Of a DNA stretch of 64,000 nucleotides, positions 48,217-58,050 are shown in pieces. The position numbers and the translations under genes are program-made. Positions within the stretch are counted from its first letter, which is position 1. Every line of letters starts with the position of its first letter. A model generated the notes under the pieces. It was given only the letters and a program-made list of their open reading frames with translations. It made no database searches and had not been told where the DNA came from. Source of the DNA: Candidatus Woesebacteria bacterium RIFCSPHIGHO2_02_FULL_42_20 (GTDB lineage: Bacteria; Patescibacteriota; Microgenomatia; UBA8517); contig MGGS01000001.1 of the NCBI GenBank assembly GCA_001792535.1, positions 49,695 through 113,694 on the forward strand. Reading direction: 5' to 3'.

Positions 48217-50019
48217 ATGACAAAAAAATATATTCTCTTGTTTGTGTTTTTTGTTTTGCCATTTTTATTTTTCGGCAGAGCTTTTGCACAAACAGACAAT
48301 TTTAAAACTACAGCAGATATTTCCTATAGCGTTGCAGCCGATGGCCTAACTACGGTAAGCCACAAGATTACTATCGAAAACCTCACGACCAAGTTTTATG
48401 TAGATTCGTTCAGTTTAAAGGTAGCCGGTACGCAACCTCTTAATCCGAGGGCAAGCGAAAACGCTACCCCCATAATTTTACTTACAAAAATGCAAGGTGA
48501 TTCATGGAGCTTAGATCTAGAGCTTGAAAAAATTGTTGGCCTTGGAAAAACCAGATCATTTGAAATTTTGTTTGAAACTGCCAGTTTCGCCGAAAAGACA
48601 GGCTCTGTTTGGGAAATTTTGATTCCGGGTGAGGAGGGAAACAATGTATATGACGTTACCAGTGTAACACTTTATACTTCGAGCGAATTTGGCTCGCCTG
48701 CGTACATTTCGCCTCTGCCAACACGTCGGTTTCAAAAAGACGAAAAATTTGCTTTTGAATTTCGCTCTAAAGATATCCCACTGAATGGCCTTTCTGCAGC
48801 ATTTGGCGATTTCCAGATTTTTGATTTTTATCTTGCCTATCATTTAGAAAACCCGTTAAGCCGTGAGTCGAAGTTTCAGATTGCCGTCCCACCCGACACA
48901 GCCTTTCAAAAAGTTATCTACCAAGCATTTGATCCTAAACCAACGAATTTGGAAGCCGATCAAGACGGCAACTGGCTGGCTGATTTTTCGCTTGCGGCTC
49001 AGCAAAAGCTCGATGTGAATGTCAGCGGAGTTGTAGAAATCTATTCGCAGCCGATTTTCCAAAACAACTTGGATGAAGATGACTTTAAACCGTTTCTTGC
49101 TCCAAGCGCTGTATGGCAAACGGATGATCCTAAAATAGTTGAAATCGCGCGCAAGCTTAAAACTCCCAAGGCAATTTATGACTATGTTTCAAAAAATCTC
49201 ACCTATGATTATTCCAGAGTAAGGCCAAACGTGGATAGACTTGGAGCTTCTCGGGTCTTGCAAGAGCCAAATCGGTCGATCTGTACCGAATATACGGATC
49301 TTTTCATTGCGATTGCCCGGGCTGCCGGCATTCCTGCCCGTGAGGTTAACGGCTATGCCTATTCGCAAAACCCTAATATCGAACCGCTTTCTTTGGTTGC
49401 AGACGTTCTGCATGCATGGCCTGAATATTGGGACAAAGACCTGCTTGTTTGGCGGCCGGTAGACCCGACCTGGGCAAGCACGAGCGGTGGTACCGATTAT
49501 TTTACAAAGCTCGACCTTCGCCATTTTGCTTTTGTAATGCACGGAACAGACTATCAAAAACCCTACCCGCCGGGGTCATACAAGCTTGGCGAAAATCCCC
49601 AAAAAGATGTCTATGTGACACTTTCCGATCAAAGCATAAGTCGTAGTGTGTCTGTTGAAATCAATATCCTTTCACTTAGAAACCTCCCGTGGAGAGATTC
49701 ACAGATGGAGATAAGCATAGAAAATACCGGAAATACGGCAATATACGATCGGGATCTGCAAATTTTATTTGACGGTAAAATAGTTGATTTTAAGAAAGTA
49801 CCTGCGCTTTTGCCGTTTTCCAAAACGACCAAGCTGGTCGACGTGCCCTTTAGTTTTTTCGGTAACAGGACCCCGGAAACACTGACGGTTGCGTTTGGCG
49901 AAGACGAAAAAACCATTCTCACTTACAAATCTTCACTGATTATTTTCAGTTTACTTTCTTCAGCCGTTGCCATCTTTATTGCATGCGGCTTTGTTGTTTG
50001 GCTGATTAAAGCAAAATAA
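48217..50019 (+). CDS. Exported transglutaminase-like domain protein with C-terminal TM anchor
   Basis: Signal peptide; Cys-His-Asp triad ICTEYTDLF / LHAWPEY / PVDPTW. Confidence 0.85.
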   Translation: MTKKYILLFVFFVLPFLFFGRAFAQTDNFKTTADISYSVAADGLTTVSHKITIENLTTKFYVDSFSLKVAGTQPLNPRASENATPIILLTKMQGDSWSLDLELEKIVGLGKTRSFEILFETASFAEKTGSVWEILIPGEEGNNVYDVTSVTLYTSSEFGSPAYISPLPTRRFQKDEKFAFEFRSKDIPLNGLSAAFGDFQIFDFYLAYHLENPLSRESKFQIAVPPDTAFQKVIYQAFDPKPTNLEADQDGNWLADFSLAAQQKLDVNVSGVVEIYSQPIFQNNLDEDDFKPFLAPSAVWQTDDPKIVEIARKLKTPKAIYDYVSKNLTYDYSRVRPNVDRLGASRVLQEPNRSICTEYTDLFIAIARAAGIPAREVNGYAYSQNPNIEPLSLVADVLHAWPEYWDKDLLVWRPVDPTWASTSGGTDYFTKLDLRHFAFVMHGTDYQKPYPPGSYKLGENPQKDVYVTLSDQSISRSVSVEINILSLRNLPWRDSQMEISIENTGNTAIYDRDLQILFDGKIVDFKKVPALLPFSKTTKLVDVPFSFFGNRTPETLTVAFGEDEKTILTYKSSLIIFSLLSSAVAIFIACGFVVWLIKAK

Positions 50020-51332
50020 TGATGGCAAAAAGCAACTTTTTCATTAACAGACTTTCGGCCGGTAAAATTTCAACCGAGAGTGGCGTATATCTTTTTAAGA
50101 CGATTGCCGGGGCTATTTTGTATATCGGCAAGGCAAAAAACTTGAGAAACAGGGTTAGCAGCTATTTTTCTGGCAACCTTGAATATAAAACCCGTAGTAT
50201 GGTTAGTAAGGCTAATAGCGTGGAAACGCTGACTGTGGGAAGTGAATTTGAAGCAATGTTATTGGAAGCAAGGCTCATAAATAAGTTTCGCCCCAAATAT
50301 AACATCGAGTTACGCGATGACAAATCGCCAATTTACATCGTGGCAACAAAAGACACTTACCCTTTGTTAAAAGTCGTTCGAAAAAAAGACCTAAATCAAC
50401 TAAAACTTTATTGGGGACCTTTTTTAAGTGCGAGGGAAACACGGATAATATTAAAAACGCTCCGCCAAGTTTTTCCATTTTCCGACCATAAAGTAACGGC
50501 TCGGCCTTGTATTTATAGCCAGATAGGCTTGTGTAGTCCCTGTCCGAGTTTAATTAACCAAACAGCTGATGCCAAAAAAAGACTGGCCTTAAGAAAGCTG
50601 TACCTAGTAAATTTTCGCAGGGTAAAAAACATCCTAAACGGAAAACTGAGATTCGTAGAGAAGGAATTAGTCAGTGAGATGAAAAACTATTCAAAGGCCC
50701 AGGAATTTGAGGCAGCCGGTGAAGTAAGAAATAAGCTTGTACTGTTTCAAAGTCTGACTGCGAAGCAATTTCTGCGCTTTGACTATTTTGAGAATCCAAA
50801 TCTTCGGGAAGATATTGCTCAAAGAGAAATAAGCGAACTCAAGAAGCTACTCCTGTTCCACGGAGTTAACGTTCCGGTACTTAGCCGGATTGAATGTTTT
50901 GACATAAGTCACTTGTCGGGAACGAACGCTGCCGCATCAATGGTGGTTTTTCTAGACGGTATTGCGGACAAGTCAAGTTATCGCCGTTTTAAAATACGGT
51001 CTGCTAGTGCAAAAAGCGACTTTGATTCCATTAAGGAAGTTATTCGGCGCAGAATGCAAAACACTTCATGGAGTTTGCCGGATTTGATTATTATGGACGG
51101 TGGTAAACCACAAGTTAGTGCGGCTACCCAGACCAAGCACCTTTCGGTCCCTGTTGTCGGAATTGCAAAAAGAAACGAAACATTGGTAATAAAAAAAAGA
51201 GATATTTACGAGGAAGTTAAACTGGCCGGTTTTGCGCTCAATTTAGTTCAAAAGATGCGCGACGAAGCTCATAGATTTGCCAGGAATTACCACCACAAAC
51301 TTGTCGAAATGTTGCTAAAGAATATAAAATAA
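50019..51332 (+). CDS. uvrC: Excinuclease ABC subunit C (short, no C-terminal HhH)
   Basis: GVY..YIGKAKNL GIY-YIG, RIECFDISH, DGGKPQ, RDEAHRFA. Confidence 0.93.
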   Translation: MMAKSNFFINRLSAGKISTESGVYLFKTIAGAILYIGKAKNLRNRVSSYFSGNLEYKTRSMVSKANSVETLTVGSEFEAMLLEARLINKFRPKYNIELRDDKSPIYIVATKDTYPLLKVVRKKDLNQLKLYWGPFLSARETRIILKTLRQVFPFSDHKVTARPCIYSQIGLCSPCPSLINQTADAKKRLALRKLYLVNFRRVKNILNGKLRFVEKELVSEMKNYSKAQEFEAAGEVRNKLVLFQSLTAKQFLRFDYFENPNLREDIAQREISELKKLLLFHGVNVPVLSRIECFDISHLSGTNAAASMVVFLDGIADKSSYRRFKIRSASAKSDFDSIKEVIRRRMQNTSWSLPDLIIMDGGKPQVSAATQTKHLSVPVVGIAKRNETLVIKKRDIYEEVKLAGFALNLVQKMRDEAHRFARNYHHKLVEMLLKNIK

Positions 51333-51336
51333 ACTA

Positions 51337-51738
51337 ATGAAACGGCTCGTCCGCGCATACACAATACAGGCAATCTCACTCTACTTTGTGAATATTATCG
51401 CTATTGGTTTGAATTTCAGCCATGGCGTCAGAAGTTTTCTAATTACGGTACTTGTTTTAACATTGTCGACATACCTGATTAGACCGGTTGTGAACATTTT
51501 GCTACTTCCACTTAATTTGGTTACCTTCGGTTTATTCCGGTGGGTTGGCTTTGCCGTGACCTTACTTCTCGTCGACCTTGTCCTTGAAGAATTCAGCGTT
51601 GACAGGTTTAAATTTGCGGGGCTAACTTCCGAGTTAATAACTATACCCGCAGTTGACTGGACGGGTTTCATGGCATATGTCGGCTTCTCGTTTATATTGT
51701 CACTTCTTGTGACCTACACATTTTGGGTCGCAAAATAG
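51337..51738 (+). CDS. 4-TM phage holin family (YvlD-like) membrane protein
   Basis: IRPVVNILLLPLNLVTFGLF. Confidence 0.8.
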   Translation: MKRLVRAYTIQAISLYFVNIIAIGLNFSHGVRSFLITVLVLTLSTYLIRPVVNILLLPLNLVTFGLFRWVGFAVTLLLVDLVLEEFSVDRFKFAGLTSELITIPAVDWTGFMAYVGFSFILSLLVTYTFWVAK

Positions 51739-51762
51739 TCTCAAGTGAGATATACTTAAATT

Positions 51763-51978
51763 ATGAACCGTGATGTTTTGCTTATAATTCAGATCATTTC
51801 AGGGCTTTTTTTAACTGTACTTATTGTTTTGCAGGTGAAAGGCAAAGGCTTTGGCAGAGTTTGGGGTGCATCAAGTGTTTCATTTACCCGAAGGGGACTT
51901 GAAAATCAGGTGTTCCGCGCTACATTTATAATATCTTTCATTTTTTTGTTGGTTTCCACACTCGAACTGTTGGCATAG
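51763..51978 (+). CDS. secG: Preprotein translocase subunit SecG
   Basis: Two TMs, LQ.KG.G.G..WG, TRRGLE. Confidence 0.85.
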   Translation: MNRDVLLIIQIISGLFLTVLIVLQVKGKGFGRVWGASSVSFTRRGLENQVFRATFIISFIFLLVSTLELLA

Positions 51979-51981
51979 ACC

Positions 51982-53322
51982 ATGGTTAACAAAAGTATTT
52001 CTTTTACCTTGAGGTATACTCTAAGACTTGTTGTCGAATTTATTTCACGCTATAAAGCCCTCTTTCTAGTAAGCTTTATTTTTGGAGCCTTGGTGTTTAT
52101 CGTTGCCGGTGCGGTTTTACCCGGTATATTAAGTAGCAAAATTGACCGTATTGGCATGGCAGGCAAGTTCACCGTTGAAGATATTCCATATTCTATCCAA
52201 AGGATTTTAAGCCGCGGCTTGACCAAACTGAAGGCTAATGGCGAAATCGAGCCGGATTTAGCCGTTAGCTGGGAAACACCAGACAAGGGCAAGACGTGGA
52301 TTTTTCATTTAGCCCAAAATATAAGGTGGAATGACAATACACCTTTAATTTCGCGGGACCTGAATTATAATTTTAGTGACGTCGAAATACAGTTTCCCGA
52401 TGACCAAACCGTTGTTTTCACTCTGTCAACTCCGTATAGCCCGTTTCCCACGATTGTTTCAAAACCTGTATTCAAGAGAGGATTGCTGGGTAGCTCAAAT
52501 TGGCAAGTGGATAAACTAACACTTACAGGTAACTTTATTCAGGCATTGGCGATTAGAGATAATAGAGGCAGGCGCAAAATTTATAAATTTTATCCCACAG
52601 AAGATCAGACTAAACTAGCATACAGGCTGGCAGAAGTTGATGTTATCGAGGATCTAATTGATCCGAGCCCACTAAATTCGTGGCCCATGACACAAACACG
52701 CCAGCGAGTAAACGATAGCCGGATTGTAGTCATTTTTTTAAACACCACCGACTCGCTATTAGCCGACAAGTCGATCCGCCAAGCTCTTGCCTATTCAATA
52801 GACAAACGAACTTTTGGTGTCCGGGCAATTTCACCCATATCTTCCTCCTCGTGGTCATTTAACCCGCAGGTCAAGTCATATGATCAGGATGTAGTCCGTG
52901 CCAAAGAAATCATCACCGACTATTTGAAGACCAAAGATGACAAGCGTATAGAAGTGAAACTTGCTTCTTACCCTTCGCTTTTGGGTGTTGCAGAAAAAAT
53001 TAGCCAGGACTGGGAAAAAATAGGTGTTTCGACTTCCGTTCAGGTATCCTCGATTACACCGGTTGCTTATCAAGCGTTTTTGGCAATTTATGATATCCCA
53101 TCAGACCCGGACCAATATGCCGTCTGGCACTCAACTCAAGTCGAGACTAATATTACCAAATACGCTAGTCCCAGAATAGACAAACTCTTGGAAGACGGCA
53201 GGACAGAATTGGAATTTGCAAACCGAAAAAAAATCTATCTGGATTTTCAGCGTTTTTTACTGGAAGACTCACCGGCTATCTTTCTTTATTACCCGGAATA
53301 TTACACGATCGAACGCCTCTAA
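51982..53322 (+). CDS. ABC transporter substrate-binding protein, family 5
   Basis: EPDLAVSWE, IRQALAYSIDK, PDQYAVWHS, LLEDSPAIFLY. Confidence 0.85.
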   Translation: MVNKSISFTLRYTLRLVVEFISRYKALFLVSFIFGALVFIVAGAVLPGILSSKIDRIGMAGKFTVEDIPYSIQRILSRGLTKLKANGEIEPDLAVSWETPDKGKTWIFHLAQNIRWNDNTPLISRDLNYNFSDVEIQFPDDQTVVFTLSTPYSPFPTIVSKPVFKRGLLGSSNWQVDKLTLTGNFIQALAIRDNRGRRKIYKFYPTEDQTKLAYRLAEVDVIEDLIDPSPLNSWPMTQTRQRVNDSRIVVIFLNTTDSLLADKSIRQALAYSIDKRTFGVRAISPISSSSWSFNPQVKSYDQDVVRAKEIITDYLKTKDDKRIEVKLASYPSLLGVAEKISQDWEKIGVSTSVQVSSITPVAYQAFLAIYDIPSDPDQYAVWHSTQVETNITKYASPRIDKLLEDGRTELEFANRKKIYLDFQRFLLEDSPAIFLYYPEYYTIERL

Positions 53323-53353
53323 TACTATAGTACTATCTAGAAAGTCACAGTAA

Positions 53354-53382
53354 TTGACATTTTGATATATTATAGGTATAGT
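53354..53382 (+). promoter_or_regulatory. Sigma70-type promoter of the glycan operon (leaderless)
   Basis: TTGACA-17nt-TATAGT-6nt-ATG. Confidence 0.75.
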
Positions 53383-53388
53383 TCTTAC

Positions 53389-54822
53389 ATGTCACGATTA
53401 CTCTTTGTTGCTATTATCTTTATTGCGTTAATCCTAAGGGCTATAAATCTTGACTACAACAGTCCCTTTAACGACGAAGCAATCTATGCCGTTATTGGAT
53501 TTGACGGGGTTTATAAGAAAGACTGGGAAACACTCGACGCATTTACCTGGATGGCGGGGAGCCCGTATGTCTATCCGGTAGTAAACAGTGTTTCATATAA
53601 ACTCGGCGGCATCGAGGTTGCCAGATTCGTAAATGTGCTATTCGGAATTGGTACAATTTATCTGGCGGCGGAAACGGCAGCGCTTTTTACGGTCAAAAAG
53701 AGAAAACTCGCAACTGCCTTCATTACTTTATGTTTGTTGGCCACCTTGCCGCTGTCATTTTATGTGTCACGCTTGGCCACCTACGACGCGCCAAGTTTTA
53801 TGTTTATCATGCTGGGACTTTATTTAGTCTTTAAAAACTTTACTTCCAAGGAAGCTAAAAACGAGTACTATCTGTTTGCTGCCATAGCTTTTTTTGTGGC
53901 CTTTGTTTTTAAATATTTAGCCATTATTTATGCCGCCTACGCGGTTTTGGTATCACTGTTTTACCTCAAAAAGGCAGGCCTTAAAAACATACTGAGAAAC
54001 AGCTGGTTCTATTATTTTTTTACATCTCTGTCACTGCTTTTTGGTTTTTTCATAGTCCTAAATTTTACTGATTTGTTTACCTATATTTCCACCGAATCAG
54101 CGGTTGAAATCACAAATGTATTTGAAAAAATTCAGTTATTTATGTCGGAGTACGTCTTTTTGCTTCCGTTTGCAGTATTTTCGTTTGGGTACTTATTTAA
54201 AACTAAAGACACCAAAACAGCTTTGGTGCTTTTGCTTGCAACCGTAACTATCTTGATCTTTCATTTTGGCTACGCAGGAGCCCCCTCCTACGAAAAGCAC
54301 CTTTTGCTATCGGGCATATTCATGGCGGTAGTGACAGGTGTCGCCTTGCCGGAGTTTTTTGACAATCTTCGGGCAAGCAAAAAGATCAAAGGTTTTGTCC
54401 AAGGTAACTTCATTGGCTTTCTTGGCTTTTTGTTGATTTTCCTTTTTTGGCAGGTACCTACTCTAAATTCAAAGTGGCGCAATGTTGATATCCCATTGAA
54501 TTTTTTGGCAAGTCAGGTTAAAAAGGGAGATGTAGTTTTGGTTGAAACGGGCGATGTGTTTATTTTGGGGCTTTATGACAAGTTGGGGTCAGTTAGTACG
54601 GTAACATTTGACTATATTGATTACCTGGGGAGCGAAGACGACAAAGCTTATGTTACTGCCATTGAAGACGGTTACTTTAACTACATAGAGCTGGAGGACC
54701 AACAACTGTCCAAGTTGGCAAGAAATCACTATCTAAACGATTTGGTTGCCAAAAGTTTAGCTGATAACTACAAAGCAATATATAACGACGGAAATGTCTA
54801 TATTTATGAAAGGCGATTCTAA
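53389..54822 (+). CDS. GT-C fold glycosyltransferase (PMT/ArnT-like)
   Basis: DE motif in first loop (FNDEAIY), many TMs, soluble C-terminal domain. Confidence 0.8.
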   Translation: MSRLLFVAIIFIALILRAINLDYNSPFNDEAIYAVIGFDGVYKKDWETLDAFTWMAGSPYVYPVVNSVSYKLGGIEVARFVNVLFGIGTIYLAAETAALFTVKKRKLATAFITLCLLATLPLSFYVSRLATYDAPSFMFIMLGLYLVFKNFTSKEAKNEYYLFAAIAFFVAFVFKYLAIIYAAYAVLVSLFYLKKAGLKNILRNSWFYYFFTSLSLLFGFFIVLNFTDLFTYISTESAVEITNVFEKIQLFMSEYVFLLPFAVFSFGYLFKTKDTKTALVLLLATVTILIFHFGYAGAPSYEKHLLLSGIFMAVVTGVALPEFFDNLRASKKIKGFVQGNFIGFLGFLLIFLFWQVPTLNSKWRNVDIPLNFLASQVKKGDVVLVETGDVFILGLYDKLGSVSTVTFDYIDYLGSEDDKAYVTAIEDGYFNYIELEDQQLSKLARNHYLNDLVAKSLADNYKAIYNDGNVYIYERRF

Positions 54823-54825
54823 ACT

Positions 54826-55662
54826 ATGAAACCCAAGTTACTATTATGGATGATTGCTCCGGCTGTTTTGCTAATTTTAGTGACGAGATACATTGCCGAT
54901 TCGAGTGCCGAGGAGTTGCCAAATTTTACCGATTTGCCACAATACACTCTGGCAACGGTGGCAAAAAATGAAATTGACCAGGTAAGGCAGGAATTAATCG
55001 CTTCGTTTGAATGGAAGCGGGGTGGAGTTGTTACCTTCTGGTTCGATGATGCTTGGATGAGCCAGTACACCGAGGGTTATAAACTGTTAGCCGACTACGG
55101 TTATAAAGGCTCTTTAGCTGTGCCTACAGGCTTGCTCAAGTACGAAGGTTATATCAAGTGGTGGCAAATTAAGAAGTTACAATTTGAGGGCTGGGAAATA
55201 AGCGCCCACAGCGTCAGCCACGAATGCGATCCCGACGTACTCACAGCAGATAGCCTGGAATATGAGCTTCGCTATTCAAAAATTGAGATACTTTCGCACG
55301 GACTTTTGGCCGACAACTATGTAGCGCCGTGCGGCGTCACCAATGAGGCCTTAATTGCTTTGGCAAAAACGTATTATAAATCAATGCGCACCAGCGAACC
55401 CGGCATAAATAGCATTCCTGTTGGCGATCCGTATTTTATTAAAGCCAATGCAATATTTGCTACGACAACTATCGACGACATCCGAGGCTTATTGACTGAA
55501 GCAAAACTGGCTCGTGGTTGGCTGGTACTCATGTTTCATCAAATTGACGATTCGGGCGGAGAATATGCTGTTACGCCGGAGTTTTTCCAAGAAATTGTGG
55601 CTGAAGTGAGCAAATCTGATTTACAAGTTGCCCTGCCAACTCAAGTTATCACTATAAAATGA
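54826..55662 (+). CDS. Polysaccharide deacetylase (CE4/NodB)
   Basis: TFWFDD, HSVSH, APCG, LMFH; N-terminal TM. Confidence 0.88.
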   Translation: MKPKLLLWMIAPAVLLILVTRYIADSSAEELPNFTDLPQYTLATVAKNEIDQVRQELIASFEWKRGGVVTFWFDDAWMSQYTEGYKLLADYGYKGSLAVPTGLLKYEGYIKWWQIKKLQFEGWEISAHSVSHECDPDVLTADSLEYELRYSKIEILSHGLLADNYVAPCGVTNEALIALAKTYYKSMRTSEPGINSIPVGDPYFIKANAIFATTTIDDIRGLLTEAKLARGWLVLMFHQIDDSGGEYAVTPEFFQEIVAEVSKSDLQVALPTQVITIK

Positions 55663-56768
55663 CAGACAAACCAAGCAAAATTGCCATTATTATCCCTGCT
55701 TCAAACGAAGAGTTTGTGATTGAAAAAACTCTCCTGGCGCTCTTGGAATACGTGGAAGGAAACCATATTTACTTGGTTGACGATAACTCAAAAGACTTGA
55801 CGCGCCGGTTGGCATTAAGCCATTTACCCAAACAAAATATTCTTACTTTAACTATAAATCACGGTAAAGCGGCTTGTCTAAATGAAGGCATTAAAAAGTT
55901 TGAACTTACCAAGCGCTACGAGCACATTATGCCCGTTGATGCAGATACAATTCCTTCTTCGCAGTTTCTGGCAAATGTAATGCAAGTTTTTGAAGATGAC
56001 AAACAACAAAAAATCGCGGCAGTTGTCGGCAAAGTTATGGGCAAAAATTCGTCTTGGATCACAGCATACAGACTTTGGGAGTATGAAATGTCTCAAGTTA
56101 TATATAAATCGGCGCAGAATATTATCGGGACAATTGCTGTTTGCCCTGGGTGTGCCACTGTCTATCGGGCTGCCGTATTCACTAAAACTTCCTTTTCAAA
56201 GGATACTGTTACAGAAGATATGGATTTAACATTTGAGATTCACCGCAAAAAGTTGGGTTTGATAAAATACTGTCCAAGTGCGACTGTTGTGACCCAAGAT
56301 CCTGGTACGGTAAAAGACTTTGCCAAGCAAGTTGAAAAGTGGTACAAGGGGTTTTGGCAATGTGTTGTCAAGCACAATGTCCCCTGGGGCGGCCAGAAAT
56401 TTGATTTGGAAGTAGCTATTCTTGCCACGGAGGGAGTATTCAATGGTCTATTGGTCCTGGCTCTCATAGTATTGTCTCCGATTATTCTAAAATACAATTA
56501 CATGTTGCTTTTCTATCCGTTGATTTTTGATTTCTGGTTGTTTTTTATGCCGTCGCTCATTTATGCGGTGCTAAAATACAAAGATTATATGTTAATGTTA
56601 TATATTCCGCAGTTTTATTTTATGAGGTTACTTACAGGACTGATTTTCATCAAAAGTTTTTTTATGGTTTTGCTAGGTATCACACCGTCAGGCCATTGGA
56701 GCAGAACACGCAGGTGGCAAATCTCGGCTGATGAAAGGAAATTATGGCTCAGCCCATCCCTGGACTAA
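55659..56768 (+). CDS. Processive GT2 glycosyltransferase (PgaC/IcaA/NodC-like)
   Basis: DD, GKA, DADT, TED, QVEKW (QxxRW variant), C-terminal TMs. Confidence 0.88.
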   Translation: MTDKPSKIAIIIPASNEEFVIEKTLLALLEYVEGNHIYLVDDNSKDLTRRLALSHLPKQNILTLTINHGKAACLNEGIKKFELTKRYEHIMPVDADTIPSSQFLANVMQVFEDDKQQKIAAVVGKVMGKNSSWITAYRLWEYEMSQVIYKSAQNIIGTIAVCPGCATVYRAAVFTKTSFSKDTVTEDMDLTFEIHRKKLGLIKYCPSATVVTQDPGTVKDFAKQVEKWYKGFWQCVVKHNVPWGGQKFDLEVAILATEGVFNGLLVLALIVLSPIILKYNYMLLFYPLIFDFWLFFMPSLIYAVLKYKDYMLMLYIPQFYFMRLLTGLIFIKSFFMVLLGITPSGHWSRTRRWQISADERKLWLSPSLD

Positions 56769-56866
56769 ATAACTTTTCATTAGTGTTCCATTTACTTGTC
56801 GTAGTTGTGGCTAAAATTACGTCCGCGGTTCGCAAGTTTTCCGTAAGTATGTTCAAAAGAAAGTGA
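56744..56866 (+). CDS. Small hydrophobic peptide (40 aa), candidate synthase accessory subunit
   Basis: SD GAAAGGAA; MAQPIPGLNNFSLVFHLLVVVVAKITSAVRKFSVSMFKRK; stop overlaps the GH18 start (GTGA). Confidence 0.5.
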   Translation: MAQPIPGLNNFSLVFHLLVVVVAKITSAVRKFSVSMFKRK

Positions 56867-57912
56867 AAAAAATTGTTGCAGTTTTGTTGCCACTGGCAAT
56901 TTTTTTAATCGTTTTTTTCTATACGGCAATACCTTTTAATTTTGACGGCTTTATTTCTCCTGTCCCGGAATATGTTCCCGCTGGCAACAGGCCGCCGGAA
57001 TTTGGCGCGTGGCTTGCTTACTGGGATGAAGACTTGGCGATTGAAAACCTCACTTTGGGACTGCCTGTCCAAAGCATATCGCCAGTCTGGTATGTTTTGG
57101 ATGGCACAGCAGCGCTTACCCAAAGTCCGCACCAAAAAGGAAGCGAAATTATTGCACTGGCTAAAAAAAACACTGTCCAGATTACTCCCACCATTTTCAA
57201 CGATTTTGACGGCGAGCGAGTCGCGAACTTGATTGGGGATAAGGCAAAAATCGCCGACTTTCTAGATACGCTTATAACTATAATAGATGACCATGATTTT
57301 GCAGGAATAGATCTTGACCTTGAAGTTATAGAAGAAGATGACAAGTTAGCATTTTCACGACTTGTTGATGCAGTTGGCCAACTTGTTCACCAAAAAGGCA
57401 AGCTTTTAAGTGTTACAGTACACGCAAAAGCAGGCAAGAATGACTGGCCGGGCTCTCTGGGCCAGGATTGGCAAGAAATCTCAAAGTATGCAGACCGGGT
57501 CCGAATTATGGTTTACGATTACCACAACTCTAAAACCGAACCGGGCTCAATTTCGCCGATTGATTATCTGGAAGATGTTGTAGATTACGCTGTTTCGCAA
57601 ATTCCACTTGCCAAAATTGTCATTGCTCTGCCACTCTACGGTTACGATTGGAGTCAAGAAAAAGATGTAATACCGCTTACTTACGAGGCTATTTCGTCCA
57701 TGGTTAACAAAAATAGAATAGAGGTACAACTGGAAAAGCAATCCTTTTCGAAACATTTTGACTACCAACAAGACGGCGTGGGTCACGAAGTCTGGTTTGA
57801 AGACGCCCAAACTTTAGAACAAAAAATCCGTCTTGTACAATCAAAAGGAATAAATAAATTTTATTTCTGGAAACTCGGCGGCGAAGACAAAAGAGTTTGG
57901 GAAATTAAATAA
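56863..57912 (+). CDS. Glycoside hydrolase family 18
   Basis: GIDLDLE (DxDxE), MVYDYH, LYGYDW, WFED, WKLG. Confidence 0.9.
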   Translation: MKKIVAVLLPLAIFLIVFFYTAIPFNFDGFISPVPEYVPAGNRPPEFGAWLAYWDEDLAIENLTLGLPVQSISPVWYVLDGTAALTQSPHQKGSEIIALAKKNTVQITPTIFNDFDGERVANLIGDKAKIADFLDTLITIIDDHDFAGIDLDLEVIEEDDKLAFSRLVDAVGQLVHQKGKLLSVTVHAKAGKNDWPGSLGQDWQEISKYADRVRIMVYDYHNSKTEPGSISPIDYLEDVVDYAVSQIPLAKIVIALPLYGYDWSQEKDVIPLTYEAISSMVNKNRIEVQLEKQSFSKHFDYQQDGVGHEVWFEDAQTLEQKIRLVQSKGINKFYFWKLGGEDKRVWEIK

Positions 57913-57947
57913 GGGTCGCTTTCCGGCCTGCATTAGAACTTGGATCA

Positions 57948-57970
57948 GCCTAAACCCCAATGCTTTAGGC
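57948..57970. terminator. Hairpin between convergent genes, possible terminator
   Basis: GCCTAAA-ccccaatgc-TTTAGGC. Confidence 0.35.
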
Positions 57971-58050
57971 ATAACAATGACTATAGTATATATAATAGTA
58001 TCAACAACAATGAGTGTAGAAATCAGAGAATCTTGTCTTAAGAGGCCTGA

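Noticed and set aside
51337-51738. Holin as evidence of a prophage
   Set aside because: This family is commonly chromosomal and no phage genes are nearby
53324-57988. ACTATAGTA on both sides of the glycan operon as a target-site duplication
   Set aside because: 9-bp AT-rich near-palindrome, no transposase or terminal repeats; could be chance
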